Positions 1 to 8,779 are shown, counted from the first letter of the stretch. The stretch: 64,000 nt of DNA from Candidatus Adlerbacteria bacterium (GCA_903819895.1 CAIJFH010000027.1:1675-65674); one strand, 5' to 3'. Notes: generated by a model not told the origin, from the sequence alone. Made by a program: numbers and translations.

Positions 1-630
1 GTTGCTGCTCGACGCGCCCAGCACTTGGCCGGTTTTTTTGTTGTTCACCTGCTGTTTAGACCATGCGATGCCACTGTCGAGTATTTTTGCTGCGCCAACG
101 CGCGCCGAGTCGAGTGTCGAGAAGACGGGTTTGGAGGTGTTGGCGACGACGGGTGAAAAACTTGCGATGCTGTTTTGTATGTTCTGTGACGTGTCGACTG
201 CTCCGCCACCAAGCAGGTTGCCTGCGTTGGCTGCTGCTGCAGTGTTTTCAGTATTTTTTGCAGCTGGCTGCGGCTTGGTGTTGATGTCGAATGTTGCCTG
301 TTCTTGGCCTACCGAGGCGCCACTGCTGTCGGTCAACTCGGCGACGATGGTGTGCGACCCCGCAGTCGGCTCCCACGAGACAGACACCGTGCTTGCCTTG
401 CCAGCGGCCAGCGCGACCGGCACCGTGCCAACGGCCTTTCCTGCGTCAGTAAAGACAAGCGTGCCCGCAAATTTGTGCGCCGGGTCGTCGTTGGAGACAA
501 CGGTGTAGATGAGCACCGTGTCGCCCTCGGTCACGGTCGATTGGGAGAGAAAGAGCGACTGCTTGGCAAAGCCCGCGCCAAAGGCGATGCCTGGTAGCAG
601 CAACAAACCAACAATATAGAGAAAGCGCAT
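1..630 (-). CDS. Secreted protein with Ig-like/CARDB-like domain (3' end outside window)
   Basis: Manually translated minus-strand ORF MRFLYIVGLLLLPGIAFGAGFAKQSLFLSQSTVTEGDTVLIY...VSVSWEPTAGSHTIVAEL. It has a signal peptide, TATACT-N6-ATG upstream, and is open to position 1. Confidence 0.7.
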   Translation of the reverse strand, partial: MRFLYIVGLLLLPGIAFGAGFAKQSLFLSQSTVTEGDTVLIYTVVSNDDPAHKFAGTLVFTDAGKAVGTVPVALAAGKASTVSVSWEPTAGSHTIVAELTDSSGASVGQEQATFDINTKPQPAAKNTENTAAAANAGNLLGGGAVDTSQNIQNSIASFSPVVANTSKPVFSTLDSARVGAAKILDSGIAWSKQQVNNKKTGQVLGASSSN

Positions 631-670
631 ACCCGCAGTATACCTTTTTTTGCTGTGCTATACTCTTTTT

Positions 671-805
671 ATGCACAGATTTAGTCGCAATGCGCTGTTG
701 GTCGTGTTCGCGCTCGTGTTTACTATCGAAGGGTTTTTGATGACGGGGTTGGTGACGCGCCAAAGTGGGGAGCAATTTCTTGCGTCGGTTGTCTCTGCGT
801 TATAA
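671..805 (+). CDS. Small membrane protein (44 aa), below the ORF-track cutoff
   Basis: TGC-TATACT-cttttt-ATG. Translation MHRFSRNALLVVFALVFTIEGFLMTGLVTRQSGEQFLASVVSAL*, with one hydrophobic helix; the stop lies 1 nt before the next ATG. Confidence 0.55.
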   Translation: MHRFSRNALLVVFALVFTIEGFLMTGLVTRQSGEQFLASVVSAL

Positions 806-806
806 T

Positions 807-1298
807 ATGAGCAGTATGAGACCTATATCACTACAAACCGCTATCGCCATTGCTGCTGGGTTGGCAGTGGTGGCGTTATTTTTCTTTTTTCTGCGACCAG
901 CAACAACTGGCGAAACAACACAGGCAGGCGCTGCTCAAGCACAAGGAGGTGCACAGTTGATCGCACAGGATGAGGAGGTGGGCACCGGCGCGGTCGCAAC
1001 ATCCGGCAGTTTTGTCACCGTCAATTACACGGGCAAGCTGCAGGATGGCACCGTGTTCGACAGCACCACCGGGCGTGGGCCGTTCCAATTCCAACTGGGT
1101 GTCGGCAAAGTAATCCCTGGTTGGGACCAAGGTCTGCAGGGGATGAAAGTAGGTGGCCGCCGCTTGCTGATTATCCCACCGTCGCTTGCGTATGGATCAC
1201 AAGCGAATGGCCCGATCCCAGCCAACTCGACGCTTATTTTTGATGTGACGCTGCTGGGTGTCTCGGCAACCGCAGCGACCACAACCGCCACTCAGTAA
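807..1298 (+). CDS. FKBP-type peptidyl-prolyl isomerase, membrane anchored
   Basis: VNYTGKLQDGTVFDS, VIPGWDQGLQGMKVGGRRLLIIPPSLAYG and IPANSTLIFDV motifs; N-terminal TM. Start is 807 or 816. Confidence 0.93.
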   Translation: MSSMRPISLQTAIAIAAGLAVVALFFFFLRPATTGETTQAGAAQAQGGAQLIAQDEEVGTGAVATSGSFVTVNYTGKLQDGTVFDSTTGRGPFQFQLGVGKVIPGWDQGLQGMKVGGRRLLIIPPSLAYGSQANGPIPANSTLIFDVTLLGVSATAATTTATQ

Positions 1299-2672
1299 AT
1301 GCGACCAATCCGGCTGGATATAGAAAAAGAGGCACCTCGCTCGGGCGGGGGCCTCGACGCGCGTGCAGGTGTGCTGCATACGCCACACGGTGACATCAAG
1401 ACGCCGGCGTTTGTTGGTGTTGCCACCAAGGCGACTATTAAAGGGGTGTCGTCGGCGCAGTTTGCCGAGCTGGGGCTGCAAACGGTCATCGCCAACACCT
1501 ATCATTTGTACCTCTCGCCCGGCGAGGAGATGGTGCAAAAGGCGGGCGGTGTCGCCACGTTTATGAATTGGAGCGGCCCCACCATGACCGACTCGGGCGG
1601 GTTTCAAGTGTTCTCACTTGGCACGGGGTTTGGTAAAAAGGTCTCGAAGTTTGGACAATCTTCAAAATCGGAAGAGGGGAAGGAGGAAGAAACGCAGCAG
1701 GAGAACGATCTTCTCCGGAGAGATGAATGGGAGCCCAACTCCTCCGAAGAGCGTTCTCCTGCTGCTGAGCGCAAAAATCATCCGCTGCCGACGCAATACG
1801 ACGAAGATCTTGCTACGTCACATGGCAAGCTTGCCATTGTCGATGACGACGGCGTGACCTTTACCTCGCACCTCGACGGCACGATGCATCGCTTTACGCC
1901 CGAGCGCTCGGTCGAGATCCAACACAAGTTGGGTGCCGATATCTTTTTTGCATTCGACGAGTGCACCGAGCCGACCGCAACCTACGAGTATCAAAAAGAG
2001 GCGATGGAGCGCACGCATCGTTGGGCCAAGCGCAGTGTCGCCGCACATCGACAAAATTTTGATGCCAACAATACGCAGGCAATCTACGGCATCGGCCAAG
2101 GCGGGCAGTTTGATGATTTGCGGCAGGAGAGCGCGCGTGCCATCGGCGACATGGGATTTGACGGCTTCGGGCTTGGTGGCTCGTTTAGTAAAAAGTATGG
2201 CGACAACTCGCTCCAGTCGGCGCTCAACATGCTCGAATTTTTGCCAAAAGAGATGCCCAAGCATGGGCTTGGGGTGGGCGAGCCGGAGGATTTGTTTTTG
2301 GGTGCTGCGTACGGCATCGACACGTTCGACTGCGTGATCCCGACACGCAATGGTCGCACGGGCACGATCTTTACCCACCAGGGCAATATTAATATCGAAA
2401 ACGCGCAGTACAAGCACGACCTTTCGTCGCTCGACCCCGAGTGCGACTGCGTGGTTTGCATGGGAAGTGTTGCAACTGGTGGTGTGGGGTTTACTAAATC
2501 GTACATCCATCACCTCTTCCGCACCAAAGAGATGCTGGCGCCGATGCTCGCGAGCCAGCACAACATCCGCTTCCTCACCCGTCTTATCGACCGCATCCGC
2601 GAGTCCATTCTTGATGGCAGGTTTGATGATTTTCGCGACTCTTTTTTGCGTCGGTATAAAAATAAACAGTAG
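1299..2672 (+). CDS. tgt: tRNA-guanine transglycosylase
   Basis: ANTYHL, TDSGGFQVFSL, FDEC, DTFDCVIPTRNGR and Zn motif CDCVVC...H. Confidence 0.95.
   Translation: MRPIRLDIEKEAPRSGGGLDARAGVLHTPHGDIKTPAFVGVATKATIKGVSSAQFAELGLQTVIANTYHLYLSPGEEMVQKAGGVATFMNWSGPTMTDSGGFQVFSLGTGFGKKVSKFGQSSKSEEGKEEETQQENDLLRRDEWEPNSSEERSPAAERKNHPLPTQYDEDLATSHGKLAIVDDDGVTFTSHLDGTMHRFTPERSVEIQHKLGADIFFAFDECTEPTATYEYQKEAMERTHRWAKRSVAAHRQNFDANNTQAIYGIGQGGQFDDLRQESARAIGDMGFDGFGLGGSFSKKYGDNSLQSALNMLEFLPKEMPKHGLGVGEPEDLFLGAAYGIDTFDCVIPTRNGRTGTIFTHQGNINIENAQYKHDLSSLDPECDCVVCMGSVATGGVGFTKSYIHHLFRTKEMLAPMLASQHNIRFLTRLIDRIRESILDGRFDDFRDSFLRRYKNKQ
1694..1765. repeat. 72-bp imperfect palindrome in-frame inside tgt
   Basis: GCAGCAGGAGAACG (1694-1707) and its exact reverse complement CGTTCTCCTGCTGC (1752-1765), with inner TCTTC/GAAGA pairing. 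Confidence 0.75.
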
Positions 2673-2678
2673 CGAGAA

Positions 2679-3860
2679 CTACGGCAAAAACTTTTTAAAC
2701 CAGCGGAAGAAGTTTTTGAGGAGTTCTTTCAACTCGCTTTGGTGTGTCGGCTCGCCCATATCGCCACCTTGGGTGATGCCCCAAATGGTGAGCCCATAGG
2801 CGACTGCCCACGTGCCGTCTTTAAGCTGCACCTTGCTCCCTGCGCCATCCTCAAACGAGGCGAGCCGCGATGGGAGATGCAAAATGGTTTTGGCGAGGTC
2901 GGATGCGGTTTGGATCGCCGAGCCGCCGCCGGTGAGGATGATACCCGCGGGGAGCAGCTCATTTTTGCCGATCTTTTTTAAATGTGCCTCGATGAGTTTA
3001 AACATATCCGACACGCGCTTGGCGATGAGGTCGTCGATTTTCTTTTTGGGGAATGGTGCGCCCAGGACAGCGCCCTGCTTGAGTTGCTCGGCGTCCTCGG
3101 GTGCAATGCGCAAACCAAGTGCCAAGTCATTGGTGATATCGGACGCGCCGACCGGGAACACTTTGATAGAGATGGGTGTGGTGTCCTCAAACACCGCGAT
3201 CGACAATGTTTCGGCGCCGATGTTGGCGAGCACGCAGCCGACGCGTTTTTGCATCTTCGACAGTGTGACAAAGCTCGCGGCGATGGGTGCGGCGACGACG
3301 TCCTCGACCTCAAACCCGGCCTCCTCGACTGCCGAGACCAAATCGTTGACGTGCCGCTCGAGGCAGGTGATAAACAGTGTCTCGACCGCGATGCGCACAC
3401 CTTTCATCCCGATGGGGCTGCCGCCCATGACGCGTTGTCCATCGACCGCGTAGCGCAGAGGGATGGTGTGGATGATTTTTCGATTGAGAATGAGTGCTGG
3501 TGCGAGCGCCTTCTCGCTGGCGGCGATGGCGTGGGGGATGTCACGCTCGGTGATCTCGGCATTGCCTTTCTCGACAATCGACTCGCCGCGGCCAAACGCC
3601 TCGTCGAGCCCGATGCCGCCAAGCCCCAAGTAGACGCGCTTTACTTTGACATGTGCGGCTTTGGACGCTTGTGCCACCGCGGCCGCGACGGAGCGTGACA
3701 CCTCGGGGATCGAGGTGATGTAACCATTTTTAAGCCCGCGCGACTCGGCGTATCCGGTCGCCAAAATACGCGGCAGTTGCCGCGGATCTGCTGCTTGCTC
3801 GGCGATGACCACTTTGACATGGTAGGTGCCGACATCTATGCCAGTGACGATGGTGCTCAT
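2679..3860 (-). CDS. ftsA: Cell division protein FtsA
   Basis: GIDVGTYHVKVVI, NIGAETLSIAVF, DAEQLK and GIILTGGGS actin-fold motifs. Confidence 0.92.
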   Translation of the reverse strand: MSTIVTGIDVGTYHVKVVIAEQAADPRQLPRILATGYAESRGLKNGYITSIPEVSRSVAAAVAQASKAAHVKVKRVYLGLGGIGLDEAFGRGESIVEKGNAEITERDIPHAIAASEKALAPALILNRKIIHTIPLRYAVDGQRVMGGSPIGMKGVRIAVETLFITCLERHVNDLVSAVEEAGFEVEDVVAAPIAASFVTLSKMQKRVGCVLANIGAETLSIAVFEDTTPISIKVFPVGASDITNDLALGLRIAPEDAEQLKQGAVLGAPFPKKKIDDLIAKRVSDMFKLIEAHLKKIGKNELLPAGIILTGGGSAIQTASDLAKTILHLPSRLASFEDGAGSKVQLKDGTWAVAYGLTIWGITQGGDMGEPTHQSELKELLKNFFRWFKKFLP

Positions 3861-4252
3861 TACGCGCGGAGCGCGAATTGTTTTAAGATTCGACGCTCTT
3901 CACGTTCCATTGTATCACCATGATCCAATCCTCGTAAGTGCAGTAATCCGTGGATAAATAAATACGCGATGAAGATGCGCGGCGTCATCGAAAATTCTTT
4001 GCACTCGCGTCGTGCAGTCGCCGGGCAGAGCAAGATCTCGCCCGATGTTTCGCTGAGGGGGAAGGAAAGTACGTTGGATGCTTTGTCTTTATGTTTTACT
4101 TCTTGTGTCACACGCGTCGCCTCGGCTGCGGTGAGCAGCGCCAGCGACAGCTCGTACTCCTCGCCGAGCACGGCGTTTTTGAGTGCTAAAAACGGAACTC
4201 GCGGCACGGCGCCGCGGGTCTTGTTGGTGAGAGAAAAATTCTTGGTGCTCAT
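3860..4252 (-). CDS. ybeY: rRNA maturation RNase YbeY
   Basis: NVLSFPL and IHGLLHLRGLDH motifs; start assigned at MSTKNF. Confidence 0.9.
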   Translation of the reverse strand: MSTKNFSLTNKTRGAVPRVPFLALKNAVLGEEYELSLALLTAAEATRVTQEVKHKDKASNVLSFPLSETSGEILLCPATARRECKEFSMTPRIFIAYLFIHGLLHLRGLDHGDTMEREERRILKQFALRA

Positions 4253-4268
4253 GTGAGCAAAGAGATGC

Positions 4269-4523
4269 CTAGCGGCGGCGAGGGCCACGGGTGGTGCGCT
4301 CCTCCATTTTGCCGAGTTTGATCTGCTCTTGGACATCCTCGCGGCGCTTGATGACCTTGAGTGTCTGCTTGCGACGGACTTCGCGCGACTTGATGCGCGA
4401 GTAGTAGCGGCGGCTGCGCATACCTTGGATCAACCCCGAGCCCTGGACGCGCTTGCTAAAACGGCGGATCAAATTGACCGCCGACTCGCCCTCGTTTTTC
4501 GATACTTCTGCATTGGTAGCCAT
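4269..4523 (-). CDS. rpsU: 30S ribosomal protein bS21 (CPR-type)
   Basis: Basic 84 aa protein; EV.K..GES..NLIRRFSKRV..SG...R.YY pattern typical of bS21. Confidence 0.75.
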   Translation of the reverse strand: MATNAEVSKNEGESAVNLIRRFSKRVQGSGLIQGMRSRRYYSRIKSREVRRKQTLKVIKRREDVQEQIKLGKMEERTTRGPRRR

Positions 4524-4563
4524 GTAAAAAGATACTACCACACCGCACTATTGCGTGCAACCA

Positions 4564-4588
4564 ACTACATAGGACGGACCTATGTAGT
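4564..4588. repeat. REP-like palindrome (AGG-N5-CCT family)
   Basis: ACTACATAGG-ACGGA-CCTATGTAGT; the same core occurs at 42711. Confidence 0.8.
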
Positions 4589-4590
4589 GG

Positions 4591-5736
4591 TTACCGCAGT
4601 GTCTTAAGGAGGCGGGGGAGGGCGTCGATGCGGAGGGTAGTTTGGGACGAGTTGGTGGTCGAACGCAGGATGATGGTGCCATCGAGCGCCTCGCGCTGGC
4701 CCATGATGAGCAGGTGCGACACACCCATCTGCCGCGCGTTGGCGAGCTGTGGCGCTAAACTTTTTGCATCAAACGACTGCGACATTGGCACCTGCGCTTG
4801 GCGCAGCATGTCGACGACCGCGAGCCCTTGGAGTTTGGCGCGCAGCCCCAATTGGACAAAGTAGACCTTGGGCACCGCTGGTTGGGGCGGGGTGGCATAG
4901 CTCGTGCGGTCGGCACCTTTTTTGCGAAAGAAGATGCTCGCCGACACTGCGGCGGTATCTTTTTTGTTGAGCGTGCGACGCAAGTACTCGTCGTAGCGGC
5001 CGCCAACGCTGCTCATGATGGTGCCGTCCCCTTCGGGCAGGTCGATTGCAAACAGGATGCGCGGCTCGCGCTCGTCACCCACCAGCAAATCATCCAGCTC
5101 GTAGGGGAAGCCGAGTCCTTCGATATGCTCGAGCACCTCGCGAAAGTGCGCGCGGCTTTTCTCGGAGAGAAAGTTCATCGCGCGTGGGCCGCCCTCGAGC
5201 ACCTCGCGGCACACATCGTTGGTGCAGGTGTATGTGGCGCAGGGCGCTTGGCCGATGCGGGCGCGACAGGCGTCGTCGAGCTCGTGCGCATGGCGGCGCA
5301 GGTAGGCGGTCAACTCGCGCTCAAAGCGTGCCTTGGAGTCGCGGTCGCCCAGCGCGTTGATCCGGATGCGCGGCGCTTTGACGCCCCACTCGGTGAGGAT
5401 CGCAAACAATGTTTTGATGATAATCACCTCGCCGATGCTCTCGGGCGAGCCGATTACCTGCAGGCCAAACTCGGCTATCTCGCGTGGCAGGTGGGCAGGT
5501 GGCAGGTGGGTTGGCGATGGTGTCGCATAAAACGCGAGCACCGGCTCGCCTGCGCGTGCTTGCATCAGCGCTGCGCAGGTTTGCGCGGCGGTAGCAAAGG
5601 TGTGCGGCCCGCGCGGGCGCAGTGTTGCAGGGATGCCACGCTCGATCTCTTTAATGGGGCGAAATCCGTAGAACGTCGCCACATCGCCGGCACGTCGAAT
5701 AAAGGTGATGGGTGAACCTTGGGTGATTGGACTCAT
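4591..5736 (-). CDS. Histidyl-tRNA synthetase-like paralog (degenerate, HisZ-like)
   Basis: EFGLQVIG, INALGD, GGRYD and a C-terminal HGTP anticodon-type domain (QLANARQMGVSHLLIMGQRE); motif 2 FRxE is not recognisable. Confidence 0.7.
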   Translation of the reverse strand: MSPITQGSPITFIRRAGDVATFYGFRPIKEIERGIPATLRPRGPHTFATAAQTCAALMQARAGEPVLAFYATPSPTHLPPAHLPREIAEFGLQVIGSPESIGEVIIIKTLFAILTEWGVKAPRIRINALGDRDSKARFERELTAYLRRHAHELDDACRARIGQAPCATYTCTNDVCREVLEGGPRAMNFLSEKSRAHFREVLEHIEGLGFPYELDDLLVGDEREPRILFAIDLPEGDGTIMSSVGGRYDEYLRRTLNKKDTAAVSASIFFRKKGADRTSYATPPQPAVPKVYFVQLGLRAKLQGLAVVDMLRQAQVPMSQSFDAKSLAPQLANARQMGVSHLLIMGQREALDGTIILRSTTNSSQTTLRIDALPRLLKTLR

Positions 5737-5750
5737 AGTCACGCTAATGA

Positions 5751-6311
5751 TTATTGCGGCTCGGACGCACTACCAGGGAAGATGCCGATCGATTGTGGGG
5801 GAAGCAGGCGGAGGAAGACGTGTCCGACAATGTCGCCTTGCGGCAAAAATCCCCAAATGCGCGAGTCGGACGACTCGGGTCGGTTGTCGCCCATGACAAA
5901 GTAGTTGCCTGCGGGGACGACGTAGGTTTGGTTGCCGCCGTTGCCGTGGTTGACGACGTACTGTTCGTTAACGGTAACTGTTGATGTGCCGTCTGTGTGC
6001 GTGACGGTCACGCCAGTGTCGGTGATGTGCACGGTCTCGCCAGGGAGCCCAATGATGCGCTTGATAAAAAATTGTGATGGATCTTTGGGGTAGCGAAAGA
6101 CGATGACATCGCCGCGTCTTGGCTGCTCAAAATGGTACGAGAGCTCGTCGACAATGAGGTATTGGTCGTTTTGAAAGGTGGGAACCATCGACTCGCCCGA
6201 GACGATAAACGGTTGCGCAACAAAAAGACGCACCGGAACCACAATCACCAATGCGATGATTGCAAATTTGAGGAGTTCGGTGAAAAAGGTATCACGTTTC
6301 TCCTCTTGCAT
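5751..6311 (-). CDS. lepB: Signal peptidase I
   Basis: SGESMVPT, FIKRIIGLPGE and YFVMGDNRPESSDSR motifs. Confidence 0.95.
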   Translation of the reverse strand: MQEEKRDTFFTELLKFAIIALVIVVPVRLFVAQPFIVSGESMVPTFQNDQYLIVDELSYHFEQPRRGDVIVFRYPKDPSQFFIKRIIGLPGETVHITDTGVTVTHTDGTSTVTVNEQYVVNHGNGGNQTYVVPAGNYFVMGDNRPESSDSRIWGFLPQGDIVGHVFLRLLPPQSIGIFPGSASEPQ

Positions 6312-6389
6312 GTGCACATTGTATACTGCTAATACAATCGCGCAAGTCGAGACGCTACACATCGTATAAAAAAGGAGTATGCTGAGTAT

Positions 6390-6983
6390 ATGCAATGGAT
6401 TTTAGTCGGCTTAGGCAACCCAGGGAGCGAGTATGTCGGCACGCGGCACAATGTCGGGCGCGAGATGTTGCAACACATCGTGCACGAGGCGGGCATTGGC
6501 GAGTGGAAGGTGGATAAAAAACTCCATGCGCAAGCGACCAAGGGCGAGATTGATGGCAAAAAAGTGCTCGTCGTGCTGCCCGATACCTACATGAACAGCT
6601 CTGGCGGCTCGCTCAAGACGCTTGTGCTGTCCAAAAAGCAGGCCGAGCAGACGGTCGTCTTGCACGACGACCTCGATATCCCGCTCGGCAAAATCAAACT
6701 CTCGTTTGGTAGTGGTGCCGGCGGGCACAAAGGTGTTGAGTCAATTCACAAAGTGATTAAGACAAAAGATGTGGTGCGCATCCGCATCGGCATATCTCCC
6801 GCAACACCAAAGGGGAAGTTGAAGAAGCCCGACAGCGCGGACATTGTCGACTTTGTGCTCGGGACGTTTAAACCCAGCGAGCGCGCAAAGTTGGAGACCG
6901 CAAAAAAGAATATCCACGACGCAATCACCCTGCTCCTTAGTGAGGGCAGGGCGAAGGCGATGACCGAAATCAATTCGCGATAA
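6390..6983 (+). CDS. pth: Peptidyl-tRNA hydrolase
   Basis: VGLGNPG.EY..TRHNVG, TYMNSSG, HDDLD and GGHKG motifs. Confidence 0.95.
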   Translation: MQWILVGLGNPGSEYVGTRHNVGREMLQHIVHEAGIGEWKVDKKLHAQATKGEIDGKKVLVVLPDTYMNSSGGSLKTLVLSKKQAEQTVVLHDDLDIPLGKIKLSFGSGAGGHKGVESIHKVIKTKDVVRIRIGISPATPKGKLKKPDSADIVDFVLGTFKPSERAKLETAKKNIHDAITLLLSEGRAKAMTEINSR

Positions 6984-6987
6984 TTTT

Positions 6988-8079
6988 TTACTTCTTCTCT
7001 CCGGTGAAGGCGAGTGCCATGCGCATCTCTTTGGGGTCAAAGAGCGAGATGGTGAATGGGTAGCGCTTGCCGAGCTCGAGTGCGGCGCTGAGTTTCTCCT
7101 CGCTGCCAAACTCCGACACGTGCACCAAGCCAGCAATGCCCTCCTCTATAGACGCGAGCGCGCCGTGCTTGTTGAACTTGATGACCACGCCCTCGACCTT
7201 GTCGCCCTTGTTGTATTTCTTTGCGGCTTCGCTCCACGGGTTGCTCTTGAGCGCCTTGACCGACAGCGACACTTTGCCATCTTTGATGTCGATAATCTTG
7301 ACCTGCGTCTTGTCGCCAACTTTAAAGAAGTGGCGCGGGTCGTCCACCAAGCCCCAGTCGATCTCCGAGATATGCACCAAGCCCTCGAGGCCTTCCTGCA
7401 GTTTAACAAAGACGCCAAAGTCGACCATGCCGGTCACCTCGCCGTCGACGACGTCGCCAACCTGGTAGTTTTGCACGATCTGCTTCTTCTCTTTATCATC
7501 CGAGCCCTTCTCCGAGAAGATAAGCTTGCCCTCCTTCGGCGTTGCCGAGATGAGCATCACCGGCAACTTTTGCCCGACAAACTTGCGCAGCTCATCGAGG
7601 ATGCGATCCTTATCGCCGTCGGACACGCGCGGGTAGTGCTCGGCTTTGAGCTGCGACGCAGGAAGGAAGCCGACGATACCCTGCCACTCGAGCATGAGCC
7701 CGCCCTTGTTTGCCTCCTTGACCACCAACTCGAAGAGCTGCTTGTTTTTGACCGCGTCCTCGGCCTCGGCCCAGAGCACCGCTTGACGTGCCTCCTTGAG
7801 CGAGAGCTCGATGTAGCCGTCTTTGGTGTCGGTCGCGATGACCTTTGCCTGCACCGTGTCGCCGACGTTGGTGCGCTTAATCACCTCGCGGGCGTTCATG
7901 TACTCGCGGCCATAAATAACGCCCGTACCAAACGGCGGCAGGTCGATGTACAACTTCGCGCGGTCCAGAGCCAAGACCTTGCCCTCGATAATGTCACCCG
8001 CTTTGGGTGGCATCGGTGCCTGCTCCGCAAACGCGGTCATGAGACGCACAACACCATCCTTCTCGATTGTTTCTGTCAT
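6988..8079 (-). CDS. rpsA: 30S ribosomal protein bS1 (four S1 repeats)
   Basis: Repeated S1 domains: NKGGL..., GFLPASQL, FGVFVKL.EGLEGLVHISEI, GIAGLVHVSE. Confidence 0.9.
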   Translation of the reverse strand: MTETIEKDGVVRLMTAFAEQAPMPPKAGDIIEGKVLALDRAKLYIDLPPFGTGVIYGREYMNAREVIKRTNVGDTVQAKVIATDTKDGYIELSLKEARQAVLWAEAEDAVKNKQLFELVVKEANKGGLMLEWQGIVGFLPASQLKAEHYPRVSDGDKDRILDELRKFVGQKLPVMLISATPKEGKLIFSEKGSDDKEKKQIVQNYQVGDVVDGEVTGMVDFGVFVKLQEGLEGLVHISEIDWGLVDDPRHFFKVGDKTQVKIIDIKDGKVSLSVKALKSNPWSEAAKKYNKGDKVEGVVIKFNKHGALASIEEGIAGLVHVSEFGSEEKLSAALELGKRYPFTISLFDPKEMRMALAFTGEKK

Positions 8080-8226
8080 ATAATCTATTGATTTGTACGA
8101 TAGGGGCTCTTTGGCTCGCCCCGAGCGACTCCTAGGAGTCGAAGGGCTGTTCCGCAGAGTTTACTCCTACGCGATTTCTCTAATAATTACCCGCCCACCG
8201 AAAGAGCGACGGGATAATTGCTCGAA

Positions 8227-8255
8227 ACTATAGGGGATTTGCTGAAAAATAGCAA
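8227..8255 (-). promoter_or_regulatory. Sigma70 promoter of rpsA
   Basis: TTGCTA-17 nt-TATAGT on the minus strand, followed by a ~140 nt hairpin-rich leader. Confidence 0.6.
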
Positions 8256-8264
8256 GTATAAAAA

Positions 8265-8324
8265 GCAAAACCACCCGAAAGCATGGGTAGCTTTGGGTGG
8301 GAGTGGGGGAGCCGAAGCTCCCCC
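8265..8324 (-). terminator. Double hairpin / intrinsic terminator
   Basis: Minus strand GGGGGAGC-TTCG-GCTCCCCC, then CCACCCAAAGC...GCTTTCGGGTGG followed by TTTTGCTTTT. Confidence 0.7.
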
Positions 8325-8385
8325 GTAGACGGTTGATGGAGCTTGATTTGGTCGGGAAATCCCGACCCTTCGTCGTTGACTGCCG

Positions 8386-8559
8386 TTACGCGCTGCCGCC
8401 CTGGTGCGCCTCGGCGGTGATCTGGCCGGCCTGGGTGATGTGGCCGACGCCGTCCGACGAGTGGTGCTGCGCCGCATCGAGGGGCGGGGCGGTCTGACTG
8501 GCGACGGTGGCGGGCGGAGCAACGGCCGTCGGGCGCGGAATCGAATGGCATCCGGGCAT
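8386..8559 (-). CDS. Orphan small protein (57 aa)
   Basis: AAAGGAGG-N7-ATG; MPGCHSIPRPTAVAPPATVASQTAPPLDAAQHHSSDGVGHITQAGQITAEAHQGGSA; has its own promoter and terminator. Confidence 0.55.
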   Translation of the reverse strand: MPGCHSIPRPTAVAPPATVASQTAPPLDAAQHHSSDGVGHITQAGQITAEAHQGGSA

Positions 8560-8668
8560 TGGAAGTCCTCCTTTGTTTCCCCGCGGCATTATGCCGACAG
8601 GGTCGAAGCCGCTCAAGAGTCAGCGAATCTTGTCCGGACAGTGTTTCGCACAAGAACGGCTACCAGCA

Positions 8669-8697
8669 AATCTATAAAATCTCCGTTTTGCTGTCAA
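8669..8697 (-). promoter_or_regulatory. Sigma70 promoter
   Basis: TTGACA-17 nt-TAGATT on the minus strand. Confidence 0.65.
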
Positions 8698-8734
8698 CTA
8701 CTCAAAACGCGGGAGGTGTGGATAGGGTGAAGAT

Positions 8735-8779
8735 AAAAAGAGAGTGCGGGCGAGATTCCTGTAAGGAATTCCCGCCCGC
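8735..8779 (-). terminator. Intrinsic terminator
   Basis: Minus strand GCGGGCGGGAATTCCT-TAC-AGGAATCTCGCCCGC followed by ACTCTCTTTTT. Confidence 0.65.

Noticed and set aside
2-508. Plus-strand 168-aa ORF in the ORF track
   Set aside because: It is the antisense shadow of the minus-strand secreted protein starting at 630.
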